Source of the DNA: Raillietiella orientalis
Lineage: Eukaryota
Length of the DNA stretch: 64,000 bases
Assembly (NCBI GenBank): GCA_036172245.1
Contig: JAYWIR010000021.1
Location: 2,914,001-2,978,000 of the forward strand
Direction of reading: 5' to 3'
This document shows, in pieces, positions 1 to 11,443 of the stretch (its first letter is position 1; every line of letters begins with the position of its first letter). The position numbers and the translations under genes are program-made. Under the pieces are notes generated by a model. That model was not told the DNA's origin. It saw only the letters and a program-made list of their open reading frames with translations, and did not search any database.

Positions 1-2799
1 CGAGTCGTTCTATTTAAAATCCCACTCATGAACCAACGTTCCTTCGCGCGTGTGCACGGGTCTGCCATGCACGCATGTGCTCAGACCTGAGTGAGCGCTT
101 GGGTTACGCAGAGTGCTGTCCATCTGCTGTTTGGACCGTTCGGGTTAGAGGAGCTCTCGAAGAGCTCCATGAGGGAAAGATAAAGAGATAAAGGAAAGAA
201 GGTGAGCGAACATTCTCGATCCCGGATCTCAGGAGAAAACCGAAGAAGTAGATCAGCAGGTTGGCAGGTTCGAGGGGTTTTGTTACCGCTTTCCTCCAAG
301 GTACATTCGCCAAATGATGCGGGGGAGCAGGACCGGCAGAACCTGCTCTGAGTCTCATGAGAAAAATTATGTGGGGCGTACGAGGAGAGGAAGTGGGACA
401 ACATTCCTTCCAAGAAGAGGTTTCTAGCCCATTTCCCTCCACCACCACTGGAGGTCCTCTTTTTTCCCTTTTCCTTTCGACCACTTTCCCTTGACGCACA
501 GTGGCGAAAAGTTCCCTCTCAGTGGGACCAGAAACTCCGATTGGTCAGGCAGGAACGATTGGTCAGGCAGCCTTCGGCTACGGATGCCTTTGGAAAGACC
601 AGTTGTCGAAACGAACATCTGAGGTAGGAAGCAAGAAGTGGGGCGAAATAAGTCCCCTTCCTTTGGACTGAATGCAAGTTCAGTGCTCTGCTGTTGCTGC
701 TGTCTTCGGAGCATGGAGAGGGAGGGGGGAGGGAATTCCATCCCCTGTCCACGGCAATCGGCGACGGGAGGAAATCCTTGCGCCTCTTGCAGAAACTTTG
801 GAGAACAATGCGGTGAAGGAAGAGGGGGAATGGTGAAGACCGTCTTGATCTCTACATGGAGTATTGAGATCGGGACTTCCCAAAGACACGAAAAAGACGT
901 CAGAGCCTTTCGCGTATTGAGACGGTCACTCCCCCTATTCCCTTTCCCCGTGCCGTATTTGGTTTTCCAGAAAACCGATGCATTCAGGATCTATGCCATT
1001 TTTACTGGAAAAAGAGGTCCAAAATCTTGTCTCCAGTAAGAGCAGGTTTCTCCTTCTTCTTCGTAGTTCTGAGAGCCAGAAGCTCCCAACTAAAGCGAAG
1101 GAGAGTTCCAGAAGGATGTGCGAGAACTCACTGGAGATCCTCTGTGCTGAGGTATGAACGCGATGATTTCAGAATTTTCGTTGTTTTCTTCGAGAAATCT
1201 CGAAAGTTCTGACCAGAAAGACCGAGAGCATCCTGCAACCTTCGTTGCTCCTTTTTATCCTCCCCTCGCCCCCTCTACTCGAAGGAACTCTAGCAGTTTT
1301 CGGTCCTGCGAAGGCTGCGGAGTAGCACCATGGTCGGAGATCACTCCAGACGGTCTGCTCTAGGATAGAAGAACAAGATCCCAGAATGCCCTCTCCGTTG
1401 CTCTTCGTCCTCTTCACAGAAAGTGCTTCGCAGAGAGTTGCCAGTCTCCTTTTGTCGCCTGAGGAGGAGCTAGGGAAAGCCTAGAGAAGACTGTGCAATA
1501 ATTGTGATCCATAGGGAGGAACAGTTAGCAATCTTTGAAACGGCTGCTCCGTTCGCTGATAAGGGGCCGTTCCTGGACTCTCCTTCTCTTCTCCCTCCCT
1601 CCTTTTTCCTCCCAAATGACTACAGCCACCTGAAAAATCGATCCCGCACTGGGGGCGCTAATTGAAAATTCTTCCTGTTCTCTCCCGATTTCCTGTGCTC
1701 GCCTGAAGCCAGGATCTACAGACTGCACTAAGGGCGATCGACGATCGACCGGAAGTCGGCCGTTCCCTGTTCTCGCCTCGGGTTACCTGCTAATCACTCG
1801 ATCCAGAAAGCGGAAGTGCAGTTTCCGATTTCGGATGCTACAATCTGTCCCTCTGACAAAAGTAAGGAGAAGTAGGGATGAGGGAGGGGTGAGCTGCCTT
1901 CAAAACACCTGAGAGAATACTGTCGTTCTGGAAAGGTCAGACGAGTTGTTACTGCAAGTCCGTTGCCCTGAGTTAGGGGATATTCAAGGAACTTCGTGTA
2001 TTTCCTGGAACGTTCCGCCTACGTGCATGGGAATGCTTTTCCAGCTGAAAGATGGAAGAGGCATCTTTCAGAAAGGGTAGGAAGCTGGACCTAAAGGGCG
2101 AGGTATGTCTCTAACCCACGTGAAATCATGTGATACTGGACCATTCATTCCTCTTCATCCTCACAGTGATATCACAGTGAAACCCTGCTGGCATTTCAAG
2201 GTCACGGAGAAGATTAACCTTGTTCGTTTGGGGTTATGTGTAACGTCTCCAGAAAGATTAGAAGGATCATAGAGTATGGTATCCTGCCCGGAAGCAGGAG
2301 AGATCATCCTCAAAACACTCCTGTGATCCGGGGTCGTTTCCGGTCTTCTGTGTGCTCGTTGAGAAGACGCGAAGTGACCTCCTGGTCATTCGAAGATTTC
2401 GATCCACGCCTTCCAGTGCTTCTTACCCCACAACAACAACCCCGACTCGAGACCTGCTACTCATGCCGCTCGCCCCCCCTCTCCAAATGCAGTTTAGCGG
2501 TTGGAAGGGGTCGATCCTAAAATCCGGGAAAGGTGAAATTTTTAATTTGATCCTGAGTAACATCCCTAGAAAATCGATTAGAGATTGAATAGTCAGTTGT
2601 TGTTGTTGTGGTGTTGTGATAATGAAATTTCAAATGATCAGTTATTCGAGAAACACAAGTCAAGGGTCAGGTAGAGAGGAACTGCATGTCTCGGAACATT
2701 TATGAAGCACGTCCACAGGTCTGAAGACGATGTCTCCTACTTGTGGGGCTCCCCCTTGCCAAATTCCCTGACGTCCTGCAATAAAGGCTTTTTGATTGG

Positions 2800-4905
2800 A
2801 TGATTATCAACCGGTCATGCCGGGGCATGTATTACGTTACGTCATAAAAATCCATTTTTGTGGTAGAACCGCTGGCTCTACCACGTGCAATGAACCTGCC
2901 AAAGACCGGTACGCAGGCGAGGTCCTCTTCGGCAGCGTGGGGGAAGGGAAAACCAAACACACAAAAAATGAACAAACAAAACAGGGGAGGGGAAACAATA
3001 CACGGGGAGGGGAAGGGGGACGAGGAAGGGATCACAGTAAGCTGCCAGGCATCCTCTGCATTCTGTTCAGGACGCCAGCAAGTTCTGTCCGTGTAGCTCC
3101 CAGGTGGAGCCATCTTGAGGCGGTCCTCAGGAAGATTCGTTCCCAGTGGATGGAGTCCCTGCCGTTCTGGCCTCTTCTTCCCGCGTTCCAGGCTGCCACA
3201 ATTCCGCGAGAGCAGCAGAGAACTGCTAGGGACGCGGCTGGCGGCAGAGCGACGCGCGCGAAGAGACATTTCCAAATGTCCCTGGGGCCGCCAACCGGGG
3301 TTCCTAGGGTCGTCATGAGGCGATCCCAAAGGAATCGGAGGGCAACACAGTCCAGCAGCAGGTGAGGGCCTCTTCTTCCCGCACCCGTCGCACTCTGAGC
3401 GTCTACGTTCCTCCGTGTCCAGTGGTGAAGGAGCGCTTCGCCCGAGATTCCCCCATGCAGCACCAGCCGACTCCTGACACTTGACAGGGAGCGTTGCACT
3501 GTTCCAGCACTATGGGGTCACTTCACCTCCTCCGGAGGGATGCCGAGCAGCTCTCTCCAGCGTAAAAGTCCGTGGGGTGGGACACTCGGGGTCGCAGCGT
3601 CCGTGAGTTCCCGAGCTGTCCACGCCCCCAGAAGTTTAGTTTTTGCTGCTATGGAGCACGTTAGTTCCCATCTTGCGCCAATTACGCTGTTCCTGAAGTC
3701 TTTTGGGAGAACAGCACTGGGGCAAGGTTGTAGACGAGGACCACCGCATCTTCTGCGGGTTGCGGACGATCTCCTCCAACGACATGCGCGTGTTGACGCA
3801 TCGCTGTGGGCAAGCGTATTCCACCTCGCTCGCGCCGTTGATCTTTCCCCAGGCGAAGACCGACTCCTGAAGCCAGGCAGTGCAATTCGAAGGGAGGCAG
3901 GAGATCAAGATGTTCTCCTCCACCAGGGCAACCATCTGGTGGAGCTGGTATATGCAACGCCTCACCAATCTCTCGCGAGCGATGAAGAGGGATGTGGGTT
4001 CTTCGTAGCCGGTTGCGCTCTTCGCGAGGAGCCGTGCTGGTGTGCACCAGGATGTTGTCCATGGTCGCGCTGCTAGGGCGAGTCTTCTGAGTTGGAGCTG
4101 ACTCTCCATCCTCTCCAGCGTAAGGAACCCCAATCTGCCATCTTATAAGGAACACAGAAGTCTTTGAGTCTGACTATGGACCTCCCTGTGTCCCAAAAGG
4201 GATTTTCTCAGGAAGTCCTCGGCTCTTTTTCTGATGTTGGGTGGCACGGAGCAAGCAAAAGGCAGGGGGCGGAGGAAGGAAGCCACGAACGCGTTCCACA
4301 CTGCGACCTGTTCCTGCAAGTAAAACTTGCCGTTCTGGAAGGGGTCGATAGCCATCTTCACTTCTTGGAGACGACCGGATCAGGCTTCTGCTGAGCAGAA
4401 GGTCCCCAACGGAACGCCAAGGCACTTGAAGTACCCGCCCGTGGGGATCCTCAGGCGGATCCAGTCCGGCCGCCTTGCCCACGCTGTACCAACTGGAACG
4501 ATGGATAACTTTGCCCTGTTCACCTCCAGGTCCCTTCCCGCGGCGTAGCAGCTAGGAGAAGCCTTCGAGCGCGCACTCCGGGGTGGACCCGGGGAGCAGC
4601 AGCAGGAGATCGTCTGCATAAGCCGACACGGCAGGCGTGCGCTGACACGAGCTCGGCAGGATTGCCAGAGTCTCCCTGTATGCTCTCAGCCCCAACTCGA
4701 AGTAGATGCTGAAGAGCCGGGGGATGAGGCTGTACCCTGCCTTACGCCGCAGCTAACGGGCACGCCGTACACGTGCCGGCCTCTGAAACAAATATTGATG
4801 AGCGCCAAGCGCCAGCAGAAACTCAGATAGGCCAGGAAGACAGCCAGGAATCCCTTGCGTTCAAGAGCAGCAGAGAAGTGTTAGGATGATGGAAATCCTT
4901 TTGGG
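2800..4905 (-). mobile_element. 5'-truncated, decayed L1/Tx1-clade non-LTR retrotransposon (RT, C-terminal CCHC finger, 3' UTR)
   Basis: Minus-strand translation across frameshifts gives AALERKGF...CGVRQGTASSPAL/FSIY (GVRQG at 4734-4748), SAYADDLLLL (YADD at 4609-4620), YFKCLGVPLG, VWNAFVASFL..PPNIRKRAEDFL and DGRLGFLTL. It then gives a CDGCG..GPHLLLDC zinc finger near 3345-3395, a stop at 3032 and a T-rich 3' UTR. Confidence 0.85.
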
Positions 4906-4949
4906 TTCTTCTCTGTCTTTTCTGTTTTCCTTCCATCTTTTTTTTTTTC

Positions 4950-5835
4950 TTCAGGTTTTCTTTTTTTTGTTCGCCAAGTGCTGAAGGACCGCTTGCCTGG
5001 AGGCTCACGAAGCTCTTTAACACCGTTCACGTCACCAGGAGATGCGTGTAACTCTTCAAGTTATAGGGGGTACCCCGGGAGGGGGATCACCCTATGAATC
5101 CAGGAAGGGTTCTGGAGAGGGAATCCGTTTCTCTCACGCCTGGTAGGGAACCCCGGAGTGAACCCTCCACCCCCTGGTCGTCTCCAAGATCGGAACAGTT
5201 TCGTGATAATCTTACCATGTCAACGATCCTGATGAAGTGGACCAGGGTTCCCTTCGGAACTGGCAGTCCTCGAAGGGGTCCCCGAAGGGATCCCTGAAGG
5301 GAACCTCCTTCCTTACTCTCTTCGGAGGGACCCCCGGAGGGGTCCGCTCCATTTTTGCCTTTCCGAAGGGAACCGTCAAGGGGACAGCTTTTTCCCGTCT
5401 TCTCCTGTGAAAAGAACCCCGAAGGGACGCTTCCGAATTTTCTCCAAAGGGTGTTCCCCGAAGGAAGCGGCACGCTTCTCTGCACTCTAAAGAGGTACCA
5501 CACGAACTCCAATGTACGATATGGAGGGTCTTCCCCAAGGAGGGAGGGTCCGCTCCTTTGCACAACTGGAGGGGAACTTCCACTCCCTGATTCTGTTTCC
5601 TGAATCAGGGAGCGGAATATCTGTTTCCTGAAGAGCACCAATCCCGGCCACTCATGGGAGGCATCCGGTTCGAACCTCTATCGGCGCCGCGCACTAATGG
5701 AGGTCAACCAGCGTCATTTCGCAGGAGGAACTCGGAACCCGCGACGCACCTCCCATCTCTCGGCGTTGGTTCTTTACGAGTGTTACGAGTGTTAGAATCT
5801 GCGACGCTCCGGGCTACGCGGCCTGCTACGCGGGC
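4950..5835 (-). mobile_element. Structured tRNA-derived SINE-like repeat, copy A (diverged, head partly deleted)
   Basis: The reverse complement aligns with 11444-12335, e.g. ccagttgtgcaaaggagcggaccc, ttcggaagcgtcccttcgg, cccttcctggattcataggg, gtgttaaagagc, and the tail gcgaac-A(n)-gaaaacctga. Confidence 0.75.
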
Positions 5836-8479
5836 ATCGACTGAAGCACGCTCAAGGGCTGTTCGTATGGTCTCCTCCTCCAAATCAGACCTCCAGGATC
5901 TCACGGGAGTACTTGCTGCTACTACCAAGATCTGCGCCGATGGCGGCTTCAGGAGGGCTCACGTCCAAACCTTTCCGCGCGCAAACCATTCCTTGTCGTA
6001 ACCCTCCTACTCACCGAAAGTGGGGCGGACTGTCGTCCTTAGACGATGGAATTCCGGAAGTCAAGAACGAATTTGTCCGGGTGCAAGCTGGATGCTTGAG
6101 TACCATCCGCCATTGAAGCCAGTTTCCTGTCAGGCGAGTCGTTTCCAGATCCTTAGAGAATTCCGGCTTTCATGGCCCTCCGCTGCCCATAGCAACCAAC
6201 ACCTTTCATGGGATGTGACGAGGGGGATGGAAAGTCGTGGCCCAACGTTTGGTTCATTCCTCAGAGCCAGTTCTTCTTACCAATTTTGGCCCATTAGGTT
6301 CTGAAGACTCAGCACCCAGGAGAGTCCTGATCGCTTTCGATCAGCACGGAGCTGACCCGAAAAAAGAAGATCCGATTCGGATCGCCGTGTCCCCCTCGGG
6401 CTTGAGTACGCGGAAGAAAACCTGTGGTTTCTTCTATCTTCTTTTTCCAGGTTCTTCTGAGTGTGTCCTTGGACGAGAACACAGCGGCTTCGGCTCGTTC
6501 CTCGTGTCTCCGTCGGAGGTCGAAGGCGGGGGAGGAGGACCGAGTTCGAAAAAGCAAAAGGATGGACATTCAGCGACTCGCGTTGAGGGACAATAAACAG
6601 CTCCTTGCTGGCTCCTCTGTTCCTACCCTGCTCTGAGGTCAGGCGCAGATGAACCCATAAAGCCATTCTGCATGTTGCTTATGGAAGATACCGGTCTTCT
6701 CCGGATATGATGCGTCGAAGATGCCGCGAGCCATCAAACCCAGCTCAGGAGAGGACCTGACTTCAGAGTAAACAAAACAGAATGTCCTGCTCCTGGCACA
6801 CCGGAACTGAGTGATCCTGCAGTCGGGGTCCATGATGATTCTGTGAAGGAATTGTTGCTAACGAGACGCAGGGTTGTGCTCCTCTTGGGCTCTTTATGCC
6901 TTTGATTCCGCTTGTTTGTTTATTTGTTTTTGCTTTCCTTCTCTCGAGAGCACTTTTTTCTTCTCGTTTGCGCCTCAAATTTTTTTCCTTGTTTTGTTTT
7001 TTTCACAGTCTCCTAGGAGATATTCACCTGCGTTTTTCTTCTGCGCATGCTTAAATGTGCATCGCCTAGCTATGCATGCTGCGCAACTACGCCTACAGAC
7101 ACGATATCATTCTCCTAGGGTGGGAATATCTTCGTCGAAGTGCGAGAACTCCTCCCTACCTTGCGTTGCCGGTGCACGACGGACAGGAGCACGCTCCCGC
7201 CACCAGAAGCCGCTGATCGGCGTCTCATAGGAATGGAACGTTTCTGCAGCAGATTTGCCTCATCCGAAAGTCCTTCCTAGGGCTTGCCCTTTTCTTCCCG
7301 GAGTGGCTTGCGGGAAGTCAAGTCAGATGGAAGCTCCAGGAGGCGTGGCATCAATTTTTCAATCAGAGGTGCAAGGGAACTGTGACGTCGTGTGCAACTC
7401 TTTGATGTCTGTTCCTTTCTGATCAACGTTCTCTTTCAGGCGTTGCCAGAGCCCTGTTTCCAGATTCCCCATTTTGTACCATCCTGCTGAAGTGAGCGCA
7501 CGTCTGTTTCCTCTGAAAGCTCACTACTCTGTGCCAATGCGTGAGATTGCTGAGACGCAAAGAAGCCCCCAGACCTTTCCATATCTTGCGTATTCGCACT
7601 GAGGAAATTTTGAGTGCCTTTCTGCATCTGTTGTCCGGGTCCAGCAATCACAGATTTCCCCATCCCCTGATTCTGTGCTTTATCGAAGATAACAGTGAAA
7701 CCAATGGTACTGACCAATACCACGGTAGTAACCCCATCTAGTCCAGGTTCTGAAACCGCATTTCTCTAAAAACAAAATGTTCTTTAAGAACAAATTCGTT
7801 GAATATTTCTAGTAGACTTCAGGAGCACTCTTCAGCAGCTGATCGCGATTTCGAGCTTGCAGCTCCCAGTGGGCTTTTCTGAGGCTTTGCAGAGAGCTCA
7901 GTACAGAGGAAAAACACCAATAACGAGCTTCAGGAGCGGTATCAAATCGGAACCTCTATGAGAGTGTCATCCAGGACGGTGTCAAATTCATCGGGCATCC
8001 AGGACTGGAGAGAAAAAAAAAATCGGTGCTTCCAGGCTTCTGCACGCTTGGTGTAGCGAACCCTGACATTGCCACCGCTGGTGTCTGTGGGCACATACTT
8101 GTGAATTGCGCATGCGCAGCCGCGTAGCACAATTGCACAGCAATGCCGAAGTAAAAGTACCGAAGTGAAAGCAGCCGGAACCATGATGCGAGCCGGAAAT
8201 GAGACATCTCACTGTGGAAGTCATTAAGGTTGCTCGTGGCTCATCTTCTGTTCTGTACATAGGTCTCAGGATAGCTTTCGGAATGGAAGGATGTACGGAA
8301 CGTAGAACCCTTCTTCTCGTGGTAACCCAGCATTCACGGGAGTGTGCCCATATCTTTGGAAAAGGAGAGTCATTCTGCGTTTCCATAACTCTTTGGAATC
8401 TCCACGGGTCGGATCTCATTCATCTCTACTCTCAGTAGTAGTTCCACATCCGGTCTCTCTTCATCTACTGTATCTTCAA

Positions 8480-9870
8480 TCCAATGCTTTCATAGCTATC
8501 AAGGAGTCTAGTCTTGCCTTTCTCACTGCTTTTCCCTTTCAGGGGATGGAAACGTCGCGAAAGTCTTTCAGGAAACGAATGCGGTGAAGGTTTCGCTCCA
8601 TCTTTTTTTTTTACCCTTCCTGGTTGTTTTTCTCTCCCAATCAAATGCAGTTCAGTGCATGCCTAGAAGCCTCCAATGTGGCATTTGTTACCTCAAAATG
8701 CTTTCTATCCTGGGCCATTTCAGGAGCTGAAAAAGGAAATGAAAAAAGGAAAAGGCAATCAGTAGCCTTTTAGAACGCTTTATTTCTCCCAACCAAACTG
8801 GTGCTGAAGAGAATTTCTCTGCTCACTTAATCTCACTTTCTGTTAGGATTATTGGGAATGTTTCAGCTCCAAGGAGACTCTCGATGCATCCACCACGGAA
8901 GGAACAGCGAATTCAACCTCAATACTGATCTGCCATTCGTGACAAGAAGCTGTTGCTACCGTACCCACGTCTGTCTGGATAATGTTCTTGAAGAATAATA
9001 AACATTCCTTGCGTCATGAAACCTGATTCATTCCTTCTCTCCTTTGATGGCAGTTAGCATCCGGGCAGATAAGCGGTTCTTTCCATACCATTCGCAATGC
9101 TCACGACTGAAGATCAGTGCCTTAATCCTGTCTCCGCAATCTGCAACGGTGGCATGGAGAGTAATTCTGTTTTTTCTAAAGCAGAGTGGATGTCTAATGG
9201 AACAATTCCAAGGCTTGGTCGAACCAACGCCCTTGGAGGCATGTGCATGCCTTGGGCTGCATTGTAAGGAACATTAGGAATGGATTTCTATGAAGCACAT
9301 TAAGGATAAAATGACGCTTTCTTGGAGTCTGATGGGCTTATAAGGAATGTTCGGTTGAACTGAGCGCTTTTGCTCAAGTGACCCCTCTGTATGCATGAAG
9401 TCAATTGGAATATCCTTCATGTTGGTGTACGCAAGCGCTAATTCTATACTGAGTATCTGGTAGATGATGCACTAAGCAGTACTTTCTTGGAAGATACCTG
9501 GTTGAAACGTTATGGTTGAGAGCTTCTCCTTCCTTTCGCTTAATGATGACCTGAACTAGAGTCTCGCCATACGTTCTGAAGCTTTATGTCTTCAAGGAGC
9601 TTTTCATGCCTAAGAGACTGGAACTTTAGCAATCAGCTCCTTGCTCGGGGATGTTCCTGACAAGCAGAATGCAAAATACAATATGCAAACTGAAAGAACA
9701 CCTTGCAATACGGGATATGGAGCTTTCTGCCCTGTCCATTTCAAGCCCCAGTCCTAGGACGACAGGAGAAATGGCCTTTCTAATGTGCCGTTAAGGAGTG
9801 CTCTTAACGATGCAAAACTGGCCTGAATAATGAAGCTACAAATAGGATGCCAAGAACATTGGAAAGAAAC
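8480..9870 (+). mobile_element. Decayed piggyBac-like DDD transposase fossil
   Basis: Degenerate motifs occur in piggyBac order: FRKRMR*RFRSI (cf. MSRxRF), FYPG..EMKKGKG..PTKLVLK, HVCLDN (8966-8983) in frame with AVSIRADKRFFP..RLK..VAW, YTEYLVDDA/KQYFLGR, YVLK..RLEL/AISSLLG, and a Cys-containing tail. There are many stops and frameshifts. Confidence 0.6.
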
Positions 9871-10109
9871 AGAAAAGCAGCCCCAGTATGAATGAATTAT
9901 CTGTGCCAACTCAGTCTAGAATCTTCAGAATGGTCCTCTTCTTACTCTTTTCTCCATCTGTTCGGACTTTCCTACGCAAAATCTTCTAAGAGTGTGCGCC
10001 TGCATTTCTATGTCTGCATGCGTTCCGAGAATCTCCGGGTGACTCCATGCGCGGACGCTCAGCACTGTCAGAGCAAACGGCATAGTCAAGGTAGATGATG
10101 GAGAATAGA

Positions 10110-11040
10110 AAAATAGAATGGTTGGAATTCGAAATGAATCACTGCAATGTCTTCCTCAGAGAATAAGGGAAGGAATGGGTGATAAGTCAGCTTGGAAATC
10201 TTCGATATGCGGAGAGGAATATGATGGTTTGATATACGGGTCGGTTACTGGTTGTACTCAAGAGAGAGATGTGATTGACATAGTGATCGGATTCCTGGAG
10301 ATCATTAGTACACAGTGTTTACAACGAAAATCGGAAGCAAAGATACAAGCGCCCATGGGCAGGCAGGACCCAGTCTCAATTACGAATTTAAGGTTAGGTC
10401 GAAACTAACTGTGTTATCACTTTTGTCTAAGAATATTCATGAGATGGAGCCGGTATGAAGTTCATATTTCAATCCTGAAATTAAAAAAAGAATCAGTGAT
10501 GTTAATGCAATTGCTGAGGGGAGTGTAAGGGATGGTGGTAAGATTGGAAGGGGGAGGATAATGGCTAGTTCGATATCGAAAATTAGGAAGATGATTGTAA
10601 TTAGAAAAAACTGAATGGAAAATGGGAAACGTGCATTGTTTTTTGGGTCAAATCCACATTCAAAGGGAGTTGAAGTATTGTAGTTGAATTGGGGTGTAAT
10701 TTTAATGATTATTGCAAGAGAGGCGATGAGAATGATAACAAAAAGAGATGGTATTTTCTCACTGCCATCGGTTAAGTATTCTCAAACAGTGCTCACTACA
10801 TTGTGTCAATGCATTGGATTGCTGAGATGCAAAGAGACTCAGTTTCCTGTTGTTTCAGGTCCCAGGACTCACAGGACACGAACAAAGGGAAACAAACTGG
10901 CAGTATGAAAACATATTTGCCAATCAAGAAATACATTGCAGCCACTGTACAGTTGTTGTTTGAGAGACTGGTGGTAAGACTGAATCGCAGCTTTTACTAG
11001 GTGGGCGAATTGGACCACTAGCTTCACAAAACCAAGGTAA
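10110..11040 (+). mobile_element. Highly decayed CR1-like LINE 3' part
   Basis: WLEFEMNHCNVF (cf. WxMxFNxxKCKV), TQERDVIDIV..STQC (cf. ERDLGVIV..SxQC) and GLTGHE (cf. RTRGH) occur in the expected order but in broken frames. Confidence 0.4.
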
Positions 11041-11443
11041 ACGGAAAGTAAGCGACAACACGTTGACAAGCAGTGAAAAAGAAGCGCAGATAAGGATCCT
11101 GTACACCCTTGCATCAAATTGAAACTTCAGTTCATCATACCAGCAAATACCGTGAAAGATGACAACGTTGGCCACCAAGTCCAAAAAGCCTCCTCGGTTC
11201 TTTCCCCCAATTCCCACTTTCCGAGACGCCACTGGGGGACCTACTTTAAATCGGACCCGATTATCAATCAGAGCCAAGCATAGGGATTAGTCCGGAAGTG
11301 TTTCCTTATTCGATTGAAGGTCTGAACAAAATACTTATTCTGATGGATATAATTAGGGCATGAAGATTCTTAAAATGGTGCCAGCGGAAAAATCGAAGAT
11401 GCAAACAGCAACAGGAGAGAATCGGAAGATATGAAGAGGGAGT

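Noticed and set aside
538..570. 15-bp direct repeat containing ATTGG (paired CCAAT boxes), and CCGGAAGT ETS-like sites near 1750, 11292 and 19193
   Set aside because: These are short motifs with no linked transcription start or gene evidence.
5087..5641. Protein-coding role for ORFs inside the SINE-like repeat
   Set aside because: Reading frames are not preserved between copies, and indels shift frame freely.
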